This document shows, piece by piece, positions 46,755 through 57,067 of a stretch of 64,000 nucleotides of DNA. This DNA comes from Bacillota bacterium (GTDB lineage: Bacteria; Bacillota; Clostridia; Peptostreptococcales; Anaerovoracaceae). Position numbers and translations under genes: made by a program. The notes below the pieces were generated by a model. It did not search any database, was not told where the DNA came from, and saw only the letters and a program-made list of their open reading frames with translations. Numbering within the stretch: the stretch's first letter is position 1; each line of letters begins with the position of its first letter. Where the stretch lies: positions 25,020 to 89,019 of the forward strand of contig JAFUCA010000003.1 of the NCBI GenBank assembly GCA_017459895.1. The letters run 5' to 3'.

Positions 46755-48439
46755 TTACCCGTGTACCTCATGACATAGCATGTGTTGTATTTCTGGAAAT
46801 GGTTCTTGTAGGTCGTCTTCATATCCGAGCGGATGCCGATGGTATTGGATCCCCATCCTTCCCATCCGGCTTCCACGTACCGGTTGTCGCCGATGTACAT
46901 GATGACGTGATGCCACTGACCGCTCTGCGTTTTGTTGCTGAGGATGACGTCTCCCGGGAGCAGCTTGCTGTAGGCAACGTTCTTACACTTCCCGACCGTC
47001 GCGAAGCATCCGTACTGGGTCCAGTCCTTCGGCTCCATTCCGCCGCTCTTGCCTTTTTTGCACGCCTTCAGGATCGCGGGATCCTTCGCTCCATGGGCAT
47101 AAGCCGCGAAGATGAACGGGTTGCAGCAGTAGGTCTTCTCCCACTTACTGCCCTTCGCCGCCTTCTTGACACCGGTCACGTTCGTTCCGCAGAAATAGCA
47201 TCCGCCGTGATGCGATCTCGAACCGGTACCGTAGGCGAAGCTGTCATCGTTGGCGATCTCCTTCGCCCATTTGATGGCATTCTTCGCGCCCTGCGTCACG
47301 GTGCTGGGATAAACCGGCTCCGGCTCCGGGATCACTTCGAAGCGCTGTTTCTTCAGCACGATCTCTTCCTTCGGTTTATTCTGAAGCGTTACGATGATCG
47401 TGTAGTAATAAGTGCCCGCGGGGAGCGTGCCGAATTTCACGGCGTTGTCCGGTGCCCCCGAAAGGCTGAATTCTCTTACCTTCGCCTTCTTCTTGGTGTA
47501 ATGAACCGTATCCGCGGCCCATACTTCAATGGTTTCGGCCGGTTCGTCCGCCGCAGCCGTTTCTCCTGCCGCAGTCGTGCCTTCCGTTACGGCAGCATCG
47601 CCCGCTGCGGCTGTCTGATCCGCTGCTGCCGCATCCGTTCCTGCCGTATCCGCCGGTTCGGTTGTTTCATCCGTTACGGTTTCGAGCTTCTTCACTCCGA
47701 CTTCGACCTTCTGAATGAACGTGCTGGATACCACGGAGCCCTTCAGGGAGAAGGAATAACCCTCGTAGTGGGGAGTGGTCACATTGTTCGCACCGCTCAG
47801 CTTCACCCAGATCTCCTGTCTCGATGCCTTTTTTGTTTTCGAGACTTCGGACTTCACGGTCTTGCCACCCTGCTTCCGCAGAGCGACCACGTTATACTCA
47901 TGGCTCTCGCCGATCTTCGTATCCTCGTCCAGGAAACTGGTCTTATCCGTCAGATATTTCCCGTCTTTCGTGACCTTATACCCGGTGGCTCCCTTGACCG
48001 TGCCGACGGTCACCTGTATTCCCTCGTAGTATCCCGACACCTTGATCGTAGGTTTCTTCAGAGTCGGAACAGCGGATACCTTGCTGCTCTTCTTGCCTTT
48101 CTTGTGTTTCTTGCCTACCGCCCGTACGACGTACCAGTACTTCTTCTTCGTCTGCAGATTCTTGTCTGTGTAGGTCGTCTTCTTGACGGTGGCGACCTTC
48201 TTGAAGCCGGACTTCTGCTTGGTCGAACGATAGACGATATACTTCTTCGCCCGGGAGGCCTTCTTCCATTTTAACTTAACGGAATTATAGGTTGTTTTCG
48301 TGACCTTCAGGGATTTCACCTTGCCCGGTTTCTTGACCGCGGCCCAGGATCCTTCCGGACACACGAAAACGACAGCGACCATCAGCACCAGCCCGATCGC
48401 TATCCCCCGCAGAAAAAGATTTTTAATGCAATGATCCAT
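46751..48439 (-). CDS. Secreted Lys-rich FN3-repeat protein with C-terminal NlpC/P60-like domain
   Basis: Signal peptide, FN3 repeats, YCCNPFIFAAY ... PGDVIL ... HHVIMYIG ... VEAG. Confidence 0.7.
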   Translation of the reverse strand: MDHCIKNLFLRGIAIGLVLMVAVVFVCPEGSWAAVKKPGKVKSLKVTKTTYNSVKLKWKKASRAKKYIVYRSTKQKSGFKKVATVKKTTYTDKNLQTKKKYWYVVRAVGKKHKKGKKSSKVSAVPTLKKPTIKVSGYYEGIQVTVGTVKGATGYKVTKDGKYLTDKTSFLDEDTKIGESHEYNVVALRKQGGKTVKSEVSKTKKASRQEIWVKLSGANNVTTPHYEGYSFSLKGSVVSSTFIQKVEVGVKKLETVTDETTEPADTAGTDAAAADQTAAAGDAAVTEGTTAAGETAAADEPAETIEVWAADTVHYTKKKAKVREFSLSGAPDNAVKFGTLPAGTYYYTIIVTLQNKPKEEIVLKKQRFEVIPEPEPVYPSTVTQGAKNAIKWAKEIANDDSFAYGTGSRSHHGGCYFCGTNVTGVKKAAKGSKWEKTYCCNPFIFAAYAHGAKDPAILKACKKGKSGGMEPKDWTQYGCFATVGKCKNVAYSKLLPGDVILSNKTQSGQWHHVIMYIGDNRYVEAGWEGWGSNTIGIRSDMKTTYKNHFQKYNTCYVMRYTGK

Positions 48440-48484
48440 ATCTCTCGTCTACCCCTTATCCTCAAGATACAATCAGTTGTGTTA

Positions 48485-48513
48485 ATTATATATCAGAAGC
48501 CCGAAACTTGCAA
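48485..48513 (-). promoter_or_regulatory. SigA promoter of the FN3-hydrolase gene run
   Basis: TTGCAA-17bp-TATAAT. Confidence 0.7.
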
Positions 48514-48521
48514 TCAATGAA

Positions 48522-49541
48522 TTACCTGTTTCCGTACATTTTATCGTAGTATTCCTGGTAGTCTCCGCTCATGATATTCTTCCACCAGGACTCGTGCTGC
48601 AGGTACCAGTCGATGGTCTGGCGGATCCCGTCATCAAACTTCGTTTCCGGGAGCCAGCCGAGCGCTTCGTGGATCTTGGTCGGATCAATCGCGTATCGGA
48701 GATCATGCCCCTTGCGGTCGCCGACAAAGGTGATCAGGCTTTCGGGTTTTCCCACCTGCTTCAGGATCGTCTTCACCACCTGCAGGTTGCTCTTCTCGTT
48801 GTGCCCGCCGATGTTGTAGACCTCACCCACGCTGCCGTCACGCAGGATCAGATCGATGGCTCTGCAGTGATCCTCTACATACAGCCAGTCTCTGACATTC
48901 TCACCGGTGCCGTAAACCGGCAGCGGCTTGTCCGCCAGGGCATTGGCGATCATCAGAGGGATCAGCTTTTCGGGAAACTGATAGGGCCCGTAGTTGTTGG
49001 AGCAGCGGCTGATGGTCACCGGAAGCCCATAGGTCCTGTGATAGGCCATGACCAGCAGATCGGCCGATGCCTTGGAGGCGGAATAGGGGCTGGATGCCGT
49101 CACTGGCATGTCCTCGGTAAAGAACAGATCCGGACGGTCCAGAGGCAGGTCTCCGTACACCTCGTCCGTTCCCACCTGATGAAAACGCGTGATTCCGTAC
49201 TCCCGCGCCGCATCCATCAGCACCTGGGTTCCGAGAATATTCGTGCGCAGGAAAATGCCGGGATCCTCGATGGAACGATCCACATGGGACTCCGCCGCGA
49301 AGTTGACCACAACGTCAAACTTCTCCTCCGCAAAAAGCCGGAAGACGGTCTCTCTGTCCGCCACATCTCCTTTGACGAAACGGAACCGCGGATCATCCAT
49401 GACGGGCTCCAGTGTCTCCAGATTGCCGGCGTAGGTCAGCGCGTCCAGGCAGACGATCTCGTCCTCCGGATGCGTCTTCAGCATGTAAAAAACGAAATTC
49501 GCGCCAATGAAGCCGGCGCCTCCTGTCACTAACAATTTCAT
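48522..49541 (-). CDS. rfbB: dTDP-glucose 4,6-dehydratase
   Basis: [46 protein letters not shown]. Confidence 0.97.
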   Translation of the reverse strand: MKLLVTGGAGFIGANFVFYMLKTHPEDEIVCLDALTYAGNLETLEPVMDDPRFRFVKGDVADRETVFRLFAEEKFDVVVNFAAESHVDRSIEDPGIFLRTNILGTQVLMDAAREYGITRFHQVGTDEVYGDLPLDRPDLFFTEDMPVTASSPYSASKASADLLVMAYHRTYGLPVTISRCSNNYGPYQFPEKLIPLMIANALADKPLPVYGTGENVRDWLYVEDHCRAIDLILRDGSVGEVYNIGGHNEKSNLQVVKTILKQVGKPESLITFVGDRKGHDLRYAIDPTKIHEALGWLPETKFDDGIRQTIDWYLQHESWWKNIMSGDYQEYYDKMYGNR

Positions 49542-49586
49542 GGATTCGGTATTCCTTTCCGCTGCTGATTCAGGCGATGACGGACG

Positions 49587-49922
49587 TTACAGCGTATAGA
49601 TCAGCACACCGGAAATGATAATCAGGTTTCCGATCAGCTGTCCTCTGGTAAATTTCTCCTTCAGCAGCACAAAGGAGAAAACCATGACAAATACGTAGGT
49701 AAATGTATCGATGACCGGGCCGAAGCGCATGTCGACCCCGGTATAGGCATAGGTATTGGCAAACAGCACCGCGAAGGAGATCCCGTAAGCCGTGATGACC
49801 CGCCAGTTGAGGTATTCCCTGATCCAGCTGGCGTGCTCCCGGCGGGCGCTCTGCTTCAGAAGCACCTGCGAAAACGCGGAGAACACGGTGGCAACGATCA
49901 GTATCATCATGTAGATACTCAT
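49587..49922 (-). CDS. Small 4-TM EamA/SMR-like protein (ArnE/F-like flippase subunit)
   Basis: 111 aa, 4 TM, SQVLLKQSA, LLKEK. Confidence 0.75.
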   Translation of the reverse strand: MSIYMMILIVATVFSAFSQVLLKQSARREHASWIREYLNWRVITAYGISFAVLFANTYAYTGVDMRFGPVIDTFTYVFVMVFSFVLLKEKFTRGQLIGNLIIISGVLIYTL

Positions 49923-50302
49923 TTCGTCACCTCCCGATCCCCATCGTCGTAATTGGCGGTCAGCGAAACAACGATGACGCCGATCATGACGATGGCAAGT
50001 CCGGCGATGTTCTTCGGGCTCAGATGCTCCCCGAAGATCATCACAGCCCAGATCTGGCTCCAGATCAGGTAAACGCTGCGATTCGCGTACCCGATGTTCA
50101 GGTCCAGGTTCTTGATGACCTTCTGCCAGAAGAAGGCATAAAAAACACAGACGGCCAGCATCAGGAAGATGAACACGTACAGCCAGATGCTTGTGAGTCC
50201 CCCGTCATTGTAGGCATTGGCGGCCGATTTCGAGAACACACTGGTAAACGAAAACAGCAGCACGCAGATATGAAGCAGTATATAGCTTCTCAGTCGGTTC
50301 AT
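49919..50302 (-). CDS. Small 4-TM EamA/SMR-like protein (ArnE/F-like flippase subunit)
   Basis: 127 aa, 4 TM, YAFFWQKVIK, IFGEHLS. Confidence 0.75.
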   Translation of the reverse strand: MNRLRSYILLHICVLLFSFTSVFSKSAANAYNDGGLTSIWLYVFIFLMLAVCVFYAFFWQKVIKNLDLNIGYANRSVYLIWSQIWAVMIFGEHLSPKNIAGLAIVMIGVIVVSLTANYDDGDREVTK

Positions 50303-51237
50303 TGTGTCTGTGTTTCCTCCCCGGTCACTTCTTCCCGGATGACATACTGCGGCGTATTATTCAGGACCAGAATGATCTTGCCCAGATACTCTCCGATGAT
50401 TCCCAGCACCATGAGGACGACGCCGAACAGGAAGACCATCGCACACATCGTCGATGACCAGCCGATGGGCAGATCCGGATAGATCAGCCGGTTGATGATC
50501 AGGATCACCGTCAGTATCACGCTGACTACAGCGGAGATCAGACCGAAAAAGAAAGAGATTCTCAGCGGTATGATGGAGAAGTTCCAGTAAGCCAGCCAGA
50601 GCTTCAGGAGCTTTCGGAACGTGTAGCCTGAGGATCCGTATTCCCGTTTGAAATGCTCCACCGGCACCATGCCGATGTTCGTCGTCACCCGGTAAAAGAT
50701 CGCGTCCACGTAGGGGTTAAACGTATTGTAGCGGATCACTTCATCCCGCACCGATGAGGTGATGATCCAGAAATTGCTGGACTCGACTTCCTTCGGGCGG
50801 CTCAGCATGACGCGGGAGGTCTTGCGGTTGATGATGCTGGTCAGATTCTTGATGGCGGAATTCTTGACCTCCGGATAGATCCCGTAGACGAGATCGAATC
50901 CCTCTTCGATCCGGTGAATCAGCTTGAACATCTGCGACGGATGGGTCTGCATATCGTCATCCATTCCCATCACATAGTCGCCCTTCGTATAGTTCATTCC
51001 GGCCATCAGCGCATTGTGCTGGCCGAAATTTCTCATCAGATTGATCCCGTGGATGTTCGGATACTGGGCGCAGAGCGAACGGATCTCTTCGAAGGTGCCG
51101 TCCGTGGAACCGTCATTGACCAGGACCAGCTCACACTCGTATCCATCGTTTTTCTCAAATTCCGCCAGTATCAGTTCGGATACTTTGCGGATCGTTTTTT
51201 CGGAATAATAACATGGTATTACCACTGATATCAGCAT
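50299..51237 (-). CDS. GT2 polyprenyl-phosphate glycosyltransferase (ArnC/GtrB-like)
   Basis: SVVIPCY, VNDGSTD, RNFGQHNA, MDDDMQ, two C-terminal TM helices, GIIGEYLGK. Confidence 0.92.
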   Translation of the reverse strand: MLISVVIPCYYSEKTIRKVSELILAEFEKNDGYECELVLVNDGSTDGTFEEIRSLCAQYPNIHGINLMRNFGQHNALMAGMNYTKGDYVMGMDDDMQTHPSQMFKLIHRIEEGFDLVYGIYPEVKNSAIKNLTSIINRKTSRVMLSRPKEVESSNFWIITSSVRDEVIRYNTFNPYVDAIFYRVTTNIGMVPVEHFKREYGSSGYTFRKLLKLWLAYWNFSIIPLRISFFFGLISAVVSVILTVILIINRLIYPDLPIGWSSTMCAMVFLFGVVLMVLGIIGEYLGKIILVLNNTPQYVIREEVTGEETQTQ

Positions 51238-51396
51238 GGCATCTCCTTGTTTTCGGGCCGCTTATACGCCTCTCTTCTTCTCTTGCAGCTTACTGCCTGT
51301 ACTCCATCAAAGTATATCGCAATTCACCCCCCTTCGCAAGTGGCAGGGCTTGAACTTGCGGGCGGCCGATGATATGATAACGAAGGAGGTGATTCT

Positions 51397-52362
51397 ATGG
51401 CTAAGGAAATCGGCGGTTATCTGGAACTGGAACATTTCACGGGGGAAGAATACTATCCGGATCTTCTCCGGCTCAATCTCGGCCGGACGGCTCTGATGTG
51501 GATGATCCGGGCCCTGGGCTGCCGGCGGATCTTTATTCCCCGCTACATCTGCGAATCCGTCATCTACGGCGCCCGAAGGACCGGCTGTGAAGTCGTTCTC
51601 TACGCCATCGACGAAACCCTGCGCCCCCTGCTTTCGCCCGAGGATCTCCCCGGAGAAAACGACTGGCTGTACGTGACCAATTACTACGGTCAGCTCAGCG
51701 ATGAGGATATCCGGGAGCTGCACCGCGCCTTCAGCGGCCGCATCATCGTGGATCACGCCCAGTCCTTCTACCAGAAGCCCATCGACGGGATCCCCTGCCT
51801 TTATACCTGCCGCAAGTTCTTTGGGCTCAGTGACGGTGCTTACGTCTACGCTCCGTCCGCTGCCGAAGATCCGGATGCGCTTCCGCTGGACCGCTCCGCA
51901 GACCGCTTTGCCCACATCCTCGGCCGCCTTGAAGACACCGCCCGGGAGCATTACAGTGAGATGCTGGAGGTAAACCATACCTTTGACGATGCTCCCCCCG
52001 CCCGCATGTCCCGCCTGACCGAGAACCTGCTGCGGGGCATCGACTACGAGTTCGTTCGCAGAAGGCGCCTCGAGAACTACACTGCTTTGCAGCAGCTGCT
52101 CCCCTCGGACAACGCCTTCACGCGGCGCACCCCATCGGCGCCTTTCGCCTACCCGTACTATCATTCGGACGGAATCCGGCTGCGCAAGGCACTGGCAGCG
52201 AAAAGCATCTTCGTTCCCACCAACTGGACCTATCTGCTGGAGAGCCTGCCCGAAGGAAGCCTTGAGCGGGACTGGTCGGCGAACATCCTTCCTCTGCCCG
52301 TGGACCAGCGCTACGGACCGGAGGAAATGCAGATCATCGCAGACGCGATCAGAAACTACTAA
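51397..52362 (+). CDS. DegT/DnrJ-like PLP-dependent sugar aminotransferase-related protein (short form)
   Basis: KEIGGY, IPRYIC, NYYG, IVDHAQSF, RKFFG (possible PLP lysine), LPLPVDQRY. Confidence 0.7.
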   Translation: MAKEIGGYLELEHFTGEEYYPDLLRLNLGRTALMWMIRALGCRRIFIPRYICESVIYGARRTGCEVVLYAIDETLRPLLSPEDLPGENDWLYVTNYYGQLSDEDIRELHRAFSGRIIVDHAQSFYQKPIDGIPCLYTCRKFFGLSDGAYVYAPSAAEDPDALPLDRSADRFAHILGRLEDTAREHYSEMLEVNHTFDDAPPARMSRLTENLLRGIDYEFVRRRRLENYTALQQLLPSDNAFTRRTPSAPFAYPYYHSDGIRLRKALAAKSIFVPTNWTYLLESLPEGSLERDWSANILPLPVDQRYGPEEMQIIADAIRNY

Positions 52363-53989
52363 ATAACAGCTGCTCTTCTCTCGAAGCTTTCGAAGCTTCC
52401 GGACCCGAATCCTTTCCCTCCGGGATCGGAAGGATCCGGTCGATCCGCATGTCTCCGAAGCAGCGCTTTCGCTCCAGCGCAAAGGCTGGACGCAGGATCT
52501 TCCAGTAATCATCGAAGGAGATCCTGCCTTTGTCGTAGGCTTCCTGTGCCTCCTGCTGCTCTTCCGTCATCCACAGACTCCCGGCCCGGCCGATATAATC
52601 GATCCCCTCCGGAAGCTCGAACAGGATCTCATACGTCTCCTTCAGATCGCCCCGGTGAAAGGTCAGATAGTAGTTCGCCTCGGAGGGATCCAGCTGCTTC
52701 AGAAAAGCAATGGTCCTCTTCCCTCCCTCTTCCTTCGACAGATTTCCGCCGTAGATCAGGACGTTCTCGCGGCCGTTATCCGGCATGCTCCGATGCTCCA
52801 TCCCGTGCTCCCCGGTAAATACCTCCCGGCACAGATGCTCCGCCGCCCGGGCCGATTCGAACCGGCAGTATTTGTGCAGGAAGTCTCTGTCATCGTAGTC
52901 CTTCGGGGACCGAAGCAGATCGATGGCCGTGGAGACATCCTTCGCCTGGGGGAACGGAAGGCAGCTGATGGGTTCATATAAGCCTCTTGTCGAGAAATAT
53001 TCCTCTTCATCGTAGGTCAGAAGAACGATCTTCCGGCCGGTGACGGCGAAATCATAGAACACGCTGGAGTAATCCGTGAGAAGGGCGTCGGCAATGTTCA
53101 GGAATTCGTAGGTCTCCAGCTCCTTCGGGAAGGGGCGGATCCGCTCAAAGACGCTCAGATCCACGCTCTCCTCCGCCAGGGGATGGACGTTGACATACAG
53201 AACCTCCGATTCCTCCAGCCTTTGCTCGATCTGCTCCAGAACCGCCTGCAGACTCTCGCCCATCAGCGACGGTCTCCAGGTCGGCATATAGGCGTAGACC
53301 CGTTCCTCTGCCGCGGCGAAGCGCCTGCGCAGCTCCCCTCTGGATTCCTCATCAAAAAACGCGCTGTTTCTCGGATAGCCTCCCAGCAGGATCTGCGCCC
53401 GGGAGAGGTTCCCGATCATATAATCCTCGATCATATGCTGCATCATGTATTCGCTGGGATACAGGAGGTAGTCGGCGATGATGAAGTTTTTCTGAACATT
53501 TCCCGTGGCGTGCGGCTCGTGACTGACCCTTCGCCCCATGGTCTTCAGCGGCGTTCCGTGCCACACGTTCAGGTAGATCTGCCCCTCCTTCTTAATAAAG
53601 AAATTGGGGATCGACGCGTCGTTCACAAGGATTCCCGCGCTGGCCATGATCCGGTAGTAGTCTTCGGAGTGCAGCCGTACGAATCGGATCCGCTGTGCCC
53701 CGGGCAGCCGGCAGGTCTTGCTTCGGATCTGCTGCTCCGCCCGGTCATCTTCGCTCACCACCCAGATCCGAAGATTTCCGTATTCCTCCGATGACAGGAG
53801 CTGGCGCAGGATGTAATACACATTTCCGTCGATGGCCCGGCCGTTTCTGGCCTCCAGGATCACCGTGTCCGGCTCCACCGGAAGGGTCTCGTAGAATTCC
53901 TTGTATTTTCCCCGCAGCGCCTGCTTCTGGCGGCGGTCCTGTCTGCGCCTTATTTTTCTCAGCCCGCGGGCCAGAAAGGAACTGTTCAT
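52349..53989 (-). CDS. CDP-glycerol glycerophosphotransferase (TagF/TagB family)
   Basis: WHGTPLK, GYPRN, YMPTWR, LTDYSSVFYDF. Confidence 0.92.
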   Translation of the reverse strand: MNSSFLARGLRKIRRRQDRRQKQALRGKYKEFYETLPVEPDTVILEARNGRAIDGNVYYILRQLLSSEEYGNLRIWVVSEDDRAEQQIRSKTCRLPGAQRIRFVRLHSEDYYRIMASAGILVNDASIPNFFIKKEGQIYLNVWHGTPLKTMGRRVSHEPHATGNVQKNFIIADYLLYPSEYMMQHMIEDYMIGNLSRAQILLGGYPRNSAFFDEESRGELRRRFAAAEERVYAYMPTWRPSLMGESLQAVLEQIEQRLEESEVLYVNVHPLAEESVDLSVFERIRPFPKELETYEFLNIADALLTDYSSVFYDFAVTGRKIVLLTYDEEEYFSTRGLYEPISCLPFPQAKDVSTAIDLLRSPKDYDDRDFLHKYCRFESARAAEHLCREVFTGEHGMEHRSMPDNGRENVLIYGGNLSKEEGGKRTIAFLKQLDPSEANYYLTFHRGDLKETYEILFELPEGIDYIGRAGSLWMTEEQQEAQEAYDKGRISFDDYWKILRPAFALERKRCFGDMRIDRILPIPEGKDSGPEASKASREEQLLFSSF

Positions 53990-53990
53990 G

Positions 53991-55601
53991 TCAGATAATC
54001 CCGTCTTTCTTTAACTTTTCGATGATTCGTTCTGTATTGCGTCCGTCATGGAAGGATACGATATTCCGGTACCGCCGCTGATACAGCGGATCCTGCGTCT
54101 GGGTATAATTCTTCTCCACAACCTTCTCCAGCTGCCCGCTGCTGTAGCAGATGTCTCCGAAGATATTGTATTCATTGATCATCAGGTGCGCATTGCCATA
54201 CCTGCGCATGCACTCCTCCTTCTCTTCCCAGTAGAAGATCACGTTCGTGCCGCGGTAAAAGGCATCATAGGCGATGGAGGAGTAATCGGTAATGAGAAGC
54301 CGGGTTTTTTCCAGGGTATCGTTGTGGGAAAGATCCGGCCGCAGAAAGCGGGCGAGGGCCGTCCGCTCCCGGGTCATCATTTCCTCCATCAGGGGGTGGG
54401 GCTTGATGACGATCTTCTCCTGCAGATGATCCGGAACCGCGCGGACGATCCGCTCCAGCATCCGGTAATACCCGGTCGCTTCGAAGTCCTTTCGGGCCAG
54501 ATTCGTCTCCCACCGGCGCCAGGTGGGCATGATCATGATCAGATCCGCGTCTTCCTCCCTGCGGCTGCGGTCAAACTTGGCGAGGCCGGTCACGTACATA
54601 TCCTCTCTGCGGAATCCGCCCAGCCGCACGAAATGCAGCGCCTCCGCCTCGGAGGAGACCACCGCCCGGTACTGCTTCAGATTGTGGTTTGAGAAAAACA
54701 CCCGCATATCCGCATCCAGCGACACCATGTACATGACGCCGTGCTGCAGAAATACCTGGGTCAGATCCGTGCTCTGCATCTTCGCCATCAGGTGCCGGTT
54801 GGCCGCCCGAAGCTGCATGGCATGGTCGATGTTTTCGGTACCGACAAATTTCCGGCACCGCAGGAACGCCACCAGATGCCGGAAGCTGTCCTTGTAGATG
54901 AGGTGCTCCCGGTACTGCGGCTTCATCGACGGGATCCGGGGATTGTCCCGGTTGATAATGTACCAGATGTTCGGATAGCCCTGATCGATCAGCCGCTCGT
55001 AGAGGACCGACGCGCTCTCCTCGTAGCGGGAGGCTTCCTTCTCAAACATCAGCACATCCTGCGAGGGGCCTTTGATCTTCGAGACGAGCCAGGCGGCAGA
55101 CACCCGCAGTCTCTGCCCCGCCGCATCGTATAGATTCTCCGGCCGTACCACGAACCAGAGCTTATTGTTGATGGTCTGCCGGAAATACATCACCTTATCG
55201 CCGGCGCGAAACAGGCGGCTGTTGTGAAACTCCCCCTTCTGCCGCTTCAGGAAACGGTAAACGACGCCGCACATGCGGATGTCGTCATAGTACAGGTAGA
55301 TCTTGTTCTGCACATCCAGCTGCAGCGCGTCTTTTTTGAGGATCTTCAGGGTGAAGGCATACAGCCGGTAGCCCGCCCCGAAGGGCAGGCCCTTTCGGAT
55401 CGAAAAGTGGGACTCGATGGGGAAATCCGGCGCCTTAAACACCCGGAACCGCAGCCGGCGGATGTCCTTTTTCCCTTTGATCGCAGGATCAAACTTCACG
55501 GCGATCAGGCCGCGCATGACGATGGCATCGGCGCTTCCTGCGACCGTGTGCCAGAGGATCCCTGCCCCGTTTAAGTTGTTCTCGGTCTGTCCCGGTGCCA
55601 T
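53991..55601 (-). CDS. CDP-glycerol/alditol phosphotransferase (TagF family, FLQHG type)
   Basis: VFLQHGV, TGLAKFD, MPTWR, KPHP, LITDYSSIAYD. Confidence 0.88.
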   Translation of the reverse strand: MAPGQTENNLNGAGILWHTVAGSADAIVMRGLIAVKFDPAIKGKKDIRRLRFRVFKAPDFPIESHFSIRKGLPFGAGYRLYAFTLKILKKDALQLDVQNKIYLYYDDIRMCGVVYRFLKRQKGEFHNSRLFRAGDKVMYFRQTINNKLWFVVRPENLYDAAGQRLRVSAAWLVSKIKGPSQDVLMFEKEASRYEESASVLYERLIDQGYPNIWYIINRDNPRIPSMKPQYREHLIYKDSFRHLVAFLRCRKFVGTENIDHAMQLRAANRHLMAKMQSTDLTQVFLQHGVMYMVSLDADMRVFFSNHNLKQYRAVVSSEAEALHFVRLGGFRREDMYVTGLAKFDRSRREEDADLIMIMPTWRRWETNLARKDFEATGYYRMLERIVRAVPDHLQEKIVIKPHPLMEEMMTRERTALARFLRPDLSHNDTLEKTRLLITDYSSIAYDAFYRGTNVIFYWEEKEECMRRYGNAHLMINEYNIFGDICYSSGQLEKVVEKNYTQTQDPLYQRRYRNIVSFHDGRNTERIIEKLKKDGII

Positions 55602-55616
55602 AAGCCTTCCTTTCGG

Positions 55617-56924
55617 TTATTTCTTTACCTTCGAAATGAAGCAGCGCATCTTGCCGTTCTCATCGGGCGGGATCTCATCCATCCAGCAGAAATTCAGCCG
55701 GTACTCGGGATAGCCGTACAGCTCCTCCACCTTCTTCCGGAAGAAGGCTTCGATGTCCTCCTTCGTGTATTTCGTGTCTCCCGGATCCTTGACCAGCAGG
55801 ATGCTGATCTCCTCCAGGGATTCCTGCACGTAGCGGAACTGAGAGATACCGGTGATTCCGTTGGGGATCTTCATCAGCTCCGTCGCGGATGTCTCCGTCC
55901 CGTTCGAATGCTGCACCAGATCGTTGGTCCGGCCCTTGATCTGCTTCAGGTAACGGACGCCGTCTCTGGTCTCCGAGACCGCCTTATCTCCGACCTCGTA
56001 GTTGATGATGGGATAATCGAATTTGTAGAGGGTCGTGGCGATGACACTTCCCTCATCGGACAGAAGGCCCTCCTCATCGATCAGATTCAGCACGTGGGTA
56101 TCGCTGTAGATATAGTACTCATCGCTTCCCGGAAGACGCACCGCGCAGCTTCCCGTCTCATTGCATCCATACGCATCGAACAGTCCCGGACCGAAGGTGT
56201 CCAGCAGGAGCCGGCGGGTGATCTCATCCACCATCTCGCTGACCGGCGTATAGACCTTCGGCTGCCAGATCTTCATATCGTGATTCTTCGCGTACACCGC
56301 CAGGCGCACCAGAACGTTCTTTCGGAAGGCGATCATCTGCGGTTTGTACTCATTGATCAGGTTGATCAGATCCCGCATGCCCTCTCCGACATAGAGGTGC
56401 TCCGGCACGACCTTCCTGCGGAAGAACCCCAGCTTTTGGATGAAGGAATCGCCCTTCTCCGGATCGACGTGGGAGTGGGTCGTCAGGAAACTCAGCATCT
56501 TGCCCCGCAGGGGATGGTAGCCGGCGAACATGGTCACCCGGATCCAGTTGGCGTTCATGCAGGCCGCCTCCCGGTGGGACAGACAGAACCGCAGCGGGAT
56601 CCCGGAAGAGCCGCTGGTCTTGAAGATCTCCAGCTGACCGCTGGCTTCGTCGTAATCCTTCAGCACATCCTGCATCCAGGCCCGCAGATCCGCGCGGGTC
56701 ATCACGGGGAACTTCGCCAGATCCTCGGCGCTGTGAAAATCCTCCGGACGCAGGCCGCAGGCATCGAAGCGCTCCCGGTAAAAGGGGATCTCATACGCCC
56801 GCTTCATGACCTTGTATATCTTCTTGCCCTGACGCCGCCGGATGAAAGCAGTATCGGCCGGGACCTTCCGGTCCAGCTTCGCCAGATAAAACAGCGTCAT
56901 CAGGTTTTTTCGTTCATTTCCCAT
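55617..56924 (-). CDS. CapK-like adenylate-forming enzyme (PaaK family)
   Basis: TSGSSGIP P-loop, YGCNETG, IINYEVGD, KGRTND, GKMR; start MGNERKN. Confidence 0.8.
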   Translation of the reverse strand: MGNERKNLMTLFYLAKLDRKVPADTAFIRRRQGKKIYKVMKRAYEIPFYRERFDACGLRPEDFHSAEDLAKFPVMTRADLRAWMQDVLKDYDEASGQLEIFKTSGSSGIPLRFCLSHREAACMNANWIRVTMFAGYHPLRGKMLSFLTTHSHVDPEKGDSFIQKLGFFRRKVVPEHLYVGEGMRDLINLINEYKPQMIAFRKNVLVRLAVYAKNHDMKIWQPKVYTPVSEMVDEITRRLLLDTFGPGLFDAYGCNETGSCAVRLPGSDEYYIYSDTHVLNLIDEEGLLSDEGSVIATTLYKFDYPIINYEVGDKAVSETRDGVRYLKQIKGRTNDLVQHSNGTETSATELMKIPNGITGISQFRYVQESLEEISILLVKDPGDTKYTKEDIEAFFRKKVEELYGYPEYRLNFCWMDEIPPDENGKMRCFISKVKK

Positions 56925-57067
56925 TTCGATTCTCCCTGCGAAACTCCGCACTGTGATTTGAAAATATGATATCATACCCCTTCCGAAAAGGCAATGAGAC
57001 CCTACTTGCCCATCCGGGTCCTTTTCTTTATAATGTAAGCAGCAGATTCCTACGGATGAGGTGGACC

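Noticed and set aside
47530-47680. GC-rich quasi-repeats as a DNA repeat element
   Set aside because: Explained by an Ala/Thr-rich protein linker
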